A DNA stretch of 64,000 nt. Source: Kudoa neothunni. Taxonomy: Eukaryota; Animalia; Cnidaria. The stretch covers positions 3,400,724 to 3,464,723 of the forward strand of contig OZ199839.1 in NCBI GenBank assembly GCA_964304625.1, read 5' to 3'. Under the pieces are notes generated by a model, which had not been told where the DNA came from, made no database searches, and worked only from the letters and a program-made list of their open reading frames with translations. The first letter of the stretch is position 1. Each line of letters begins with the position of its first letter. Shown one piece after another: positions 52,566-64,000 of the stretch. The translations under genes were made by a program, and so were the position numbers.

Positions 52566-55500
52566 ATGTAAGGAATTTTACAAATACATCATAATAAATT
52601 ATTAAAAATTTTAGGAGAAAAAGGAGACTTTACTTTTTAATAACAACCATTGCAATTATTATGTTGATAATCTCACGATTCGTGTATAAGGATGCAGAAA
52701 CACAATTTTACAGTAAACCGTTTTCTAATTCTCAATTGTATCTATATAATGTATATATTAATATACTGAATTGGAAATATTTAATAATTCTATAGTTTAT
52801 GAAAGTAAAATATTGCATTAATTCATTTATTTTATCTTTAAACGAAAAAATTTTGATAAGAACAACTTATGCACACCAATTTCTTGTCATGGTTGTAATT
52901 AATAAACAGACAAGACAAGTAACATTTGAAAGAGACTTTAATATTGCAGAGTGGTCCGAGCATGAAGAAGAACTTACCAACATATTAAACACCATCCCAT
53001 CAAATAGGATAATGTTGATAGTTTCGACGGTATATATATTGAGTAAATTTTCCCAATAATTTTTTAATGTTTAGAAACATCAAATAACTCGTTTCTCCGA
53101 AAGCCTATATGAACAGCTAAAAAACATTGGTAGTAAAGTTGACAAAAATAATCCACCCAATAGTTGGATGCTTCTGTATGATGTGGATAGTGGATCTGTT
53201 GTGGAAAAGAATAACAATATTGCTACTTTCAGATTATGGATAATGAATTGTATTGAGATTGAATACAACTTCAAACATCCAATTTCCGCTGCACCATTAG
53301 ATCCATCAGAACATTGTTCATCATGGCCAAACACTCCATCCTACAAACGTAGAACTGAATTTTGTACTAAAAATGATTCCTATATTCAATATTGTAACTG
53401 TAATTATTATAAGCTCCAACTTTTATTCAATAAATTTATAGGTGATGGGCATCTTCCGATTGATTTCTCATACAAACCGTTGTTATCTAAGTTTAATAAA
53501 GCTGTTGATGAAACACTAATCAACACTCCGATTGTTATAATGGCTTCGAAAAGACCCTACTACCTCATTTTGTGCTTACAATCTCTACTTCCAACTAGAG
53601 GTGTAAATCTTAGAAATGTCCATGTTTCTATTGACGGTAATTACAACGCGACAATTGATGTTGCAAAATTGTTCAATGTCAAATATATTATCCATACAAA
53701 TATTTGTACTGGTACATGTGCTGTTCAAAATGTATAGAATCAATATTAAATATTACTATGAATTTACCTAAATTTACAGCATTATCGCGAATCACTTGAG
53801 ATGATATTTAGTAACTATCCTAAAGCCAGTGAAGTTATTATATTGGAGGAGGATTTGGAGGTGACGCCTGATTTTATGCTTTTTATGGCTGAAACTATAC
53901 CTTATCTCCGACGTGATACAAGTCTATACTGTGTCTCAGCATGGAATGATCAGGTATAATGTCATGTATATGTAGTAGATTAAAAAAATATTTTAGTCAT
54001 ACCTCTATACTTTGGGTGATCCTAGTGGGATTTTTAGAACTGACTTTATGCCGGGGCTTGGTTGGGTTTTATTGAAAAGTATCTACGAGCAGGATTTAAA
54101 ACCATATTGGCCGGGAAATAAACTCAGCTTCAGCTGGGATTATTGGATGAGGGATAATAAACGGAGAAAAAATAGGGATTGTATTGTTCCAGACATCTCC
54201 AGAACTTTCCATGCTGGCCTAAGGGGAAACACCATGAATCCCCATTTATTTCGTAATCATTTTGCCACTAGACCCAAATACCCCTATTATGTACAGCATT
54301 TCAATACTTCATGGCTTGAAGATAGTTCCTATGAGAATTTTCTGACGTCTCTCATTAGGTAATTTAAATTGGTAGTGGCTATATCTCAGGGAATGAATAT
54401 CTCTAAAATTACTGCAGATATTTTCTTCATAGGTTACATATTATCTAATATTTACTTAACTTAATTTTTTGTAAGTTATAGAAAAATTTGAAGAAAAATA
54501 AATTTTCAGTAGTGCAACCATCCTGAGTCCATCAATATTCAAATGTAATTATCATATATTTATACATATTTCGATAAAAAATCATATTGCATTTTAAGAT
54601 GCGTTGATATAAATAGTTAATTTTTAATTAAAAAGTAATTTTAGCGCCTGTTGTATTCTTCCGGTCTGGAATGGTAAATGATGAGTTTTAGCATGTTTAT
54701 ATGTGGAATATGGTTTCTACCCTTCGAAAACCTTTAATTTGTCATAATAGAATGCGAATAATTAAAATTTAGATTATCACAAATATTACTCTTCTTTTCT
54801 AGAAAATTGTGTATTCATCGGTGGAATACGTCATGTAGGAAGAAGTTTTTGAATGTGGGTCCTATAATAGAAAATAATAAATAAAATGTTTCAACCATTA
54901 ATGAAAGAAAAAATCATTTTGGAATAAAAAAATTTCTATGGAGCTGGCTAATAAAAATTATGAATTTTGTGAGGAACTTTTTAATAAGTCTATAACAGGG
55001 ATCGGCCAGGCGATTAGGTTACCGGTCCGAATAGTCATGCTAATCCAGAAGGCGGGCCAGAATATATATAAATTATTTAGGTGTAATGAATTTATCACAA
55101 TAAAATTGAAAATTATCTCAGTAGATTAATATTTTGATCTTTAAAAGAATGCATTTTCATTAAACTGCTAGAAAAAAATAACAACGAACGTTCGACATAT
55201 TTTTATGAGGAAATGGTTAGTTTAATACAACTATTTTTTCAAAATATACTTATTTTATTTATACTGCATTTGATATTTAATATACTTAAAGGATGGGTCA
55301 AAATCGTTCAAAATAATAACTAAACGTTTCCATTCGTCCCAATAAGATTAGTATCATACAATAAATAAAAATAATTAAGAAATCTGATTATGGAAATATT
55401 TTGAGCTTCATTTTGTTTTTTACACGTATATATTTAGAAACAGGGAGAGATTAAATTAACTTCGTTTATATTGTTATTAAACGTCTTTATGTGCTGAATA

Positions 55501-58500
55501 GATCGATTATGAAAATTGAGGAAGTAATACAAGTTCTCTCTAATAAAAATAAATTTAACTTTATCATTGACCCCTCGCGGGCGAAATTTGTCCGGTTCCG
55601 GTCTTTGCCAACCCCTGGCCTATAAGGTCTATTAGTCTACTGGGAATAGTAACTAAGAATCATGATGACATTTTTTTCGTTCGGTTCCTCATTAAATTTG
55701 ATTATTCGTTGACGAGTATAATATTTACAGTTTAATTTAGTTGAAGGTATGTGTGACGATAAAGAATAGGGAAAGACATTAGGTAATTGGTTTTACGTAT
55801 TTTTACTTTTTCTTCTCTTGTATATAATTATCAGAGTTAAAATTATTTATGTAAATTAAGAAAGTTTATCTTATGCAATTAAAATCAAAAATTACAAGAA
55901 AAAAATAATTTATAAAAGATTTTTTTATAAAAATAGGGATTATCGATTTTACGTAACTTTTCGACTCCAACCTAAATTTTCAAAATCCTTGTTTTTAATT
56001 AATTATATCAATAATAACACTTTAAATAATTTAGGCATGAAGTAAAGTTTATTATTTTAAAATTTTTTAAAAATTTGCGAATGAAAACCGGTAAACCTTT
56101 ACATTCTACGGCGATTTTGATCTCGCACCCATTTCTGCTTTGAAAACTATCGAAACAATAATGTCAAATTGATTTCCTCATGAAAAATACGTTTGGATTC
56201 ATTCAAAAGAAACATTCCGGATGAGAATCAAATAATAATTTGTTTGCTATAGTTTATAATTGATTAAAAGTATTAGAGTCAAGAAATCCGATTTATTATA
56301 AACGATTAAATGTGTAAAAAAGTTATTACTTGTAGGAACTTTTATGATTATAGATCACGCCTTAATTAAAAAGGGTCAATTGTCTTGGGTGGCAATTTAT
56401 GCGCCCAAAACTGTTACCATAACTAGTGGAACAAATTGAGTGTTATTGCAGCAAAATCTTCTACCTGTCTTGTTTGTACAATTCATATAAGAGTACACTA
56501 TTCAATCAACAAAATAATGCCAAATAATTTTAATATGTATAAATTTTTTAAGAGAAACTTTGATTTACGTCTGGAATCCAATTCACATATAGAAAAGACA
56601 TCAATAATGATTTATGAACTAATTTTATACGTCCACTTCTGACAGTTGTTCAGATCGTTCTTTGATTTGTCATCATAAGAATTAACGAGTTTTAAACTGC
56701 AGTAAAAATTTACCAATTTAATTTGAATAAAATAAGAAAACAAGAATAATGATGAAACATTTAAAATATACCTAATTTGTTAAAATAATTTCAAAAATAT
56801 AGCTAAAAATTTATATGTATATCTCTTTATCTCAACTTTTGACAATGAAATTAAATTATATAACGTCATTCTTGTATTTTTCAAAAAATTCATCAAGTTC
56901 ACTATTATCTCTCAATAAACGAATAATTGATTTTTCAAAGTCCAACTACAAAAGTATTTCGGTTAAAAAACACATTAGTGAAAATGATAGCGATCTAAAC
57001 ACATAGTCATCAGATTTCCTTAAATTTACTTTAAAAAGATAAAATTTTTTTCTAAGAGTTAATAATTACAAACTTAATTATGTCACATCAATATAAAATA
57101 TTATAAATGTCCGCGCACGCATCAAAAAGTACGGCAAATTTTATACTCTCCAAATAAAAATGGGGTAGAAATCTTCCCCACTTTTTTATTTAATAAAATT
57201 GTCTAAAATAAAATTCAGCGCTGAATTACAAAATATGAGGAAAATTCATCAAGTAAATTTTGAATAAATGACCAATTATTAAAGTTATATTCACTGCGCG
57301 CGTGCGTATAATAATGTTACATTTCTATGGAGTATGATTGCATTTATAGGTGTATTTCTGCGGGTTTTTAGTTTTAACATTTAATTCAAGTTTTATAACA
57401 GCTAACAGTTCATTTATCTTATTTTAAACAACGTGGTATAAAAATGCGTAGAAAAATACAAAATGGTGGAAAACAGTGCTTATTTCAAAATAAGTTATCA
57501 TAAATGTTATTAAACACTTTCTAAACCCAAAACTTGTCAAAATGTTTAACAATTTTACCATATGCTTTTTGAATGCTCTCTATAATACGAAACTAGAGAA
57601 ATGACAAAAAGTCATCGTATTTTGAATAACTGGTACAAAACATAATGAGATAATGAAGAACTATCGTTGTATTCTGGAGGGAACGACATGCTTATATCGA
57701 TGCCGCACATGCGGACTGGAATCGCATGTATAGTATTTCGTTATTTATTCATTATTTACTCGACAGAATGTTCGTAAATTTTTAAAAATCACATGTATTA
57801 ATATTTTAAATCATTTTACTTGGAAGGTGTTTTTACATTAACTTTTTTGATACATGACAGAAAAAAATTCAACTCATTTTATTGAAAGTTTTCATAAAGA
57901 TAAAAGATTACAAAAAATGAGTTAAAATCTCACCAGAAACAATTAAATAATAATAATGAAGCTGAAAATAGCATAAAATAACCTTTATTAAAAGTTAACA
58001 TTAAAATATTATTATTGTTAGGTTTTTAAACCTCAAAACTTTATTGAAATTAGACTCAATCGTAAGGCCAGAAGGAAATCATATCAACAATTGCCGATAT
58101 AATTATGTACAAAAATAATTTATTACATCAAGAACCTGACAAATTCAATATTACATATTAAATTTATTTTCTTTATTTTCTTTATTTGATAATATTTGAT
58201 AATTACAATTGAATATTGATGGACTCAAGATGGTTGCACTACTGAAAATTTATTTTTCTTAAAATTGTTCTATAACTTACAAAAAATTAAGTTAAATAAA
58301 TATTAGATAATATGAATAAAATATCTGCAGTAATTTTAGAGATATTCATTCCCTGAGATATAACCACTTCCATTTGAATTTATGGCTACATTTGACATTC
58401 TTCTAGCTTGGGGAAGGTTGCAACCAACTATAGTGCGATCCTTGAGGATTTCGATAAAAGTTATTCAAACTATCTAAATGGGTTGATGTACGCAAGCCCA

Positions 58501-58799
58501 AAACTAAAAATAGGTTATAACTATAAAGAGTTAGTAAACATAACAACTGTTATGTTTATCAATACCGATATTTCCGTGGAATATTGTTGGAATAGACTTA
58601 CTACGTAAATTTTGATTTGAGTTACTACTTTTACAATTTGTATAGTCGTTTCAAGCTGTGGAATATGGATTTAAGAGGTTTTTATCATGGAACCACCAGA
58701 ATTTGGTTGAATAACCATCATTACATCTTTGTAATGTATGAAAAATCAAAATTTTCATCACTCAAACCAGAAAACCTTACCCCTTTACCAGTGATTTAA
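52566..58799 (+). CDS. POMGNT1: Protein O-linked-mannose beta-1,2-N-acetylglucosaminyltransferase 1 (GT13), multi-exon type II membrane protein
   Basis: MRKRRLYFLITTIAIIMLII (TM); stem domain; PIVIMASKRPYYL, VSIDG, IILEEDLEVTPDF, LYCVSAWNDQ, RTDFMPGLGW, WDYWMR...RDCIVPDISRTFH; C-terminus LWNMDLRGFYHG...SLKPENLTPL matches POMGNT1 rather than MGAT1. Confidence 0.88.
54996..55617. mobile_element. hAT-type MITE in POMGNT1 intron
   Basis: CAGGGATCGGCC ... TGCCAACCCCTG; 8-bp flanks GTCTATAA / GCCTATAA. Confidence 0.6.
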
Positions 58800-60935
58800 T
58801 TTTGTGTGCATTTATTTCTCGTTGAAATTTCTTTGTTCCATTATTATTTTAAATAATAACGGCTAATTATATAGATCTTTTTTGAATTGTGGTATTTTTT
58901 CATTAAAATAAATTTAATATCATATAATCAATTGATCAAAGTGAAATTAAGACAAGCTATATCGTTATTCCTCATTATTGTTATTTGTTTTGAGACTAAT
59001 ACAGAATTATCAAATCCCTGTGATTACATTTATTATATTTATTGCACTGAATACACTGGGTGGTATTATAATTTAACAGGATCTATTCCAATCATACCTC
59101 TTCCCTTTTCTCTGGATAACTTTAGATGCAGATAAATTAGGTGTATTCACAATAATATAGTTTATATGGATTAAATAACATTAGAAATTACATTAAAATT
59201 AGTTTAAATTTCAAGAATCAATTCAACTTTAAATCCACTATATTTTTAAACCTCACTAAAATATAATATATAGGGTTGGAAATTATGTTCCTCCGCGGGG
59301 CGGATTATCATATTATTCATAGTCAGTGGTTTGGACCATTATGAAGAGAATATATATTACTAAATAAGTCTGAAAACAATTCTCTTAAAATAATTTAATA
59401 TTTTAATAAACTGAACTGCATTATAACTAAAATTTAATGTAACGTTTACAATATATTTTTTGAGTCTCACGCTGGTATTGCGGTAAATTAGACAAGTAGC
59501 TTTTAATTCAATATCAATAAATATATTTCAATCAATTTTTTATAAAAAGGGTATGTGTTAGCAATTTTCGCTTTTCAGGCCCTCTGTGCCCAAATATAAA
59601 TGTCATGGGAGTGACTTAAACGTTTTACCATTTCCCAATTATTTGCGTAAGTATAATAAAAAAGCGGTATAAAATATTTCGAATTTATTTTGTTTTTTGT
59701 AAAAACCAATGAAAAATTGAATGGCTTATTTTTCCATGACTTTTTGTATAGATTATTAAATTAGGGTGTGTGTGTTGACGTAATTTCATTGTTTGATGTA
59801 GGGCTGATCTGTTTATAATGAACGTCATTTCAAAAATTATAAATATTAAAGTTTCCATTTATGATTCTTATGATTTATGAGCTTCCAAAGCTTTTGGGTC
59901 GGCACTTATTACCGTTAATTTATATTGCGCTCCATTCCCTTAAATAATACAAATATTTATTGACAAAATTTACTAATTATTCCCTTATTCGATTGCAGAT
60001 TCAACGTAAACGACTATTAAAGTTGAATATAAAGAGGAAGCTTTATATATAGTAGATATATATGTTAATCAATATGAGTTTTACAAATAAAATATCTATA
60101 GGTGGACATAACTTAACTTATCGAAAATAGATACATTTTTACAAGAAGTTTGCCATCAATCTGCGATTTCAAGGTAACAAACGAGTTTGGGGACATATTA
60201 TGTTTATTCCTGGTCTAAATAACCATTTTTGCAATCGAACTCGTTTTCTGGGGTTAAACAGTTTAAAATTTGCGCAATATCAGGCTCAAACTAGGTACAT
60301 AATTTAACCAACCATTTATTGACTCATTTAAAAGAGATATTTATATTTACGAAAAATATAGTAAAGTGATTTTTAAATTTCAACAAAAATTGTACGTTTA
60401 TTTTACATAAAGAGGCGTGAAATATTCCGACGACAAGTGCGTTGAATAAAAGTAGCGTCGTTTATCTAAAAAAATCACGCTAAATTAGTTAATGAAAGCC
60501 AAAAAATTTGTTCATAATAGTTAAAAAAATGACATCTAGAAAACAAATAACATAACCTCATTTTTATAATAGACAACACAAGGATGCAAGACCACAAAAG
60601 ACTTTGATCTTCGATATTGAAAATAGCTTGAACTATAAAATAATTTTTCTACTATAATAATCACTTATTTTTAAACCAAAAATGTATTTTTAACATAGAA
60701 AACTATTTTTAATGTTGTAAAAAGAATTAAAACGAACTAAAGTTAGCAAATTTTGGATTGTTTTGAGTAATAATTCCCCTCGTCGTTACGTCTATCACGG
60801 AAAAATGACGCTATACCTCAAATAATCAATCATCCTGCGGCCAAGTAATTAATGAGTTTAAAATAACTCTTTTTACGACTTCAATAAAATAAGCTTTCTT
60901 GTTTTATTATGCGCATGCATGTAAATTTCTGTAGG

Positions 60936-63900
60936 TTTATTGAAATCGTGATGAGTTTTGTTGAAAAAATGACGACTTCAGAAGAACAAGTTACGAAGAA
61001 GATAGAGGAACCCTATAACTCATCTACGAATGCGAATTTGGGAGAAGAAGAAATGTTTCCAAATCTATATGACAGTAATTTTTCTAAATATAGATACTCA
61101 CAGTAACAACTTTTAGTATGGATACTAGCATGTGTGTTATTTGCACTCACCGGAATGGAAGAGGACGTGGGAAAATGGCGGAACAAGTAGAGGGAATTTT
61201 TCTTCCTAACATTTTCTTATATATACTTTCACAAAATATTTAGCACAAAGATAACACCAGAAGCCTTTACAATAGAACTTAAGAATACTCATCGATCGAG
61301 TTTTTTAAAATTAATCACTTATATTTGTGTTCAAAGGAAAATGAAAGTAATTTACTATTTCTTTCGCAGTAAAAAAAATTAAACGTATTGATAGTGCCCT
61401 ATGAATGTGGATCGAATAATGGAATTTTACAATCGGCAGCTTGATAGAATAATGAATCCTCAATCCGTTTGCATATACCAAGTTCGCTGTAAAGAAAACG
61501 AAGGTATAAATCATCATTTACTCTTAACTATATGAACGTATTACAATCATAGTTATTAGTATGAACGGAGCTTACCCTCAATGCCTAGGTTGTTTGGTAC
61601 ACTTTACCACTAATAGCCTAAGTTTTTGTAACTATCAATTAAATAGTTTTCCACACCCTGGACGACAGCTATAAAGGATAAACCAATGATCGAGGCTATA
61701 GCTGATTACTACTGCAATAATGCAGCAGGATCAATCGAAAAAGATTACGTATTATAATAATATCGATTTTTTGGCGAATATTTATTGGAAATTATTTAGT
61801 GTCGCTTCTCCATTATCGCCCTATTCCAATATCAACACTATCTGAAGAAGAGTTATAGTTCCTATGAAATATGTTATCACATGAAGTGCTGTCCAGAATT
61901 CATAAGCGATGATAATGACGATTATTTTTGAAGAATAAACAAGAAGTCAATACATCTTAATTAAAACACACCATTACTTACAATGGTACTGTTACCCAAT
62001 GATATTTTCTCAACTAATTGATTAACTGTTATATTACGTGATTTTTGTTGTGCTGAAATTTCCTGAGTCAAATCACATGAATACAAAAATTCATTTCAGT
62101 TATCGAAATAATTATGTCGATTTAAAATAAATTTAATTACAGCTTCTATATTTTAACTTCATTCACCTGAAAAATACACGAGCCAATATTAACTTGAAAA
62201 ATTTCATCGAAATAATAACAACATAATAAATAACCAAATTAATAGAAATTAGGTGAGTTTTATTGAGGGAAATTGCTTCATGATAATCCCCATCATCCGT
62301 AGTCATGTCAAATAGTCGAAATCTTCAGAAATACCTATATATTTACAAAATTGCTTCATTTCTAATTGATAGTTATTTTCGAAAAATCAAACGACACTAA
62401 AGAAATCATCGAACCAATAATTAGTCCCATCGCGGACGGCATTGATCTTGACTTCAAGTTTTCAATGTAATTGCATGAACTAACTTTGTAAAGACTTAAT
62501 TTTACTTTTTGAGAATTTAAATGTTTGATTAATTCATCGTATTTTATGGAAAACTGTTCTCTTTCATCCTAGTTACCTATCACAAATATACAATAGCTAT
62601 TCCAATGCAATGTCCGAATCGATGTTGACATGGAGTTTTCTTCTTCAATCTAAGCTTTATCAGTTTCAAAATCTTATAGAATTATGTTGTTGGTTAACAT
62701 TATTTTTATGGCGTTCTATTTTGAATATTTTATCCAATATAATTAAGATGTAGTAATTTCGATCTATTCGAAACGAAATTAAAAAAAAATTTCTTTCAAA
62801 TCATACAATAGAGAATGTATATTTAAAAATTTAAATTTGTACCATTTTTATCGATGTAATTTATTTTTTAATCGATTTTTGTTAAATATAATTATGAAAT
62901 ATATCTACTTCAGTGGAAAAAATATATAAACTAAAATTCAATCTTTTTTATCTCTTTTTAAAAGTTTCAACATTACATATTTTTAGATACCGAATAGTTC
63001 TGACAACGAGAAATTGACATTAAAAATCACGCGCGCGCAAACGGAGATTCATGTAAGTATATTTATTATATGCAGCCATTTGTTTTCAATAAATTAAAAA
63101 ATAAATTTTCAATGCATTTTAAAGGTAGCGTGAAGTTTTTACGTGGTTATAATACATACAAATAGGATTTGTCTTGAATTTTCATTTTTCTTTTAATTTA
63201 GTGATAATGACTTTGAAAATGTTTATGAGTATTTTAACTTTTTAAGTTGTTATAAATATTGATTTTAACCTAATATATTATTTCAGATCGCAAACAAACA
63301 ATTTAGGCATGAAGAGATCAAACAACGTCGATCTGATTGCCAAAAAAACAAAAAACCCAATGGAGCCTCAACATAACGTAGTGGGGCGTTTTTGTGCAAA
63401 GTTCCGATTCACTTCAAAAATTTTCCGTTCGATATGATTACATGTTTTATTAATGAATATGAAATATAAGTGGAATAAATGAATAATACAATTTAAAGTA
63501 ATTATAGAGGTTTGCTATAGTGTAGAAAACATTTAGAATTTTAATCAGATTGTTCACTTAAATTAGGAATCTAAATATGTCGCATGAAAAAATTTCATTC
63601 ATTTGTTAATAATAAAAAAAATAAAACAATATAATTCTCATAAGACATTTTGTAGGACAACAAAAATGTCTTTAGGTCGTATTGGCTTCGGTATTTTGAT
63701 AATATGAATTTAATTTTTATTAGTTAAAGTAATCAACTCTTAAAATAATTCCCTTCTGAGATGTAAAAACAATAACTTCAAACAGTTCGTTGATCTAATT
63801 ATAATTCGAGGGAACCTACATTTACATTGAATAAATTTATAATCAGGGAAGATCTTATATGGTAGAAAAAAGAAAAATATTGCTGGATATTTGATGATGA

Positions 63901-64000
63901 GAAAAGCCAAAACGATTGATATTTATCTTGTAAAAAATGATTCAAATAATTGAACGTTATTCTTTAAAATACTTATTCTCTTTTTATTCAGACATATCGA
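60936..64000 (+). CDS. Unidentified multi-exon gene (or two adjacent genes), probably running off the window
   Basis: GC-richer blocks bounded by AG/GT give a phase-consistent peptide ...NLYDIWILACVLFALTGMEEDVGKWRN...CPMNVDRIMEFYNRQLDRIMNPQSVCIYQVRC...FSTPWTTAIKDKPMIEAIADYYCNNAAG...; further exon-like blocks at about 62425-62466, 62987-63052 and 63287 onward. No family recognised. Confidence 0.45.

Noticed and set aside
1-64000. CRISPR array, rRNA or tRNA genes
   Set aside because: No regularly spaced direct repeats, conserved rRNA blocks or cloverleaf with A/B boxes were seen by eye; a covariance-model scan would be needed to exclude small RNAs.

Overview
AT-rich eukaryotic (animal-type) genomic DNA with mostly tiny GT-AG introns (about 40-70 nt) and many transposon relics; it resembles a compact-intron invertebrate or parasite genome, but the taxon cannot be fixed from sequence alone. 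Spliced host genes rebuilt by hand: CDC7 kinase (-, 8788-10340), head-to-head with a divergent NELF-E-like RRM gene (+, 10464-19521, with a 7.45-kb intron packed with transposons); RTF1 (-, 21505 to about 27041); a secreted five-Kunitz-domain protein (+, 33955-35379); an ADAM/reprolysin metalloprotease that appears to lack a transmembrane segment (+, 44146-48237); POMGNT1 (+, about 52566-58799); and an unidentified multi-exon gene at the right end. The most striking element is a recently inserted, very compact 3,981-bp Ty3/Gypsy retrotransposon (2043-6023, -). It has identical 78-bp LTRs and a 5-bp TSD, its gag ATG overlaps the tRNA primer-binding site, and a single-base frameshift interrupts RT. 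The rest is degenerate Tc1/IS630, mariner, pogo/Tigger, piggyBac, hAT, Merlin and probable MULE elements and MITEs. No rRNA, tRNA or CRISPR array was seen. All exon models were built by eye and need RNA-seq confirmation.
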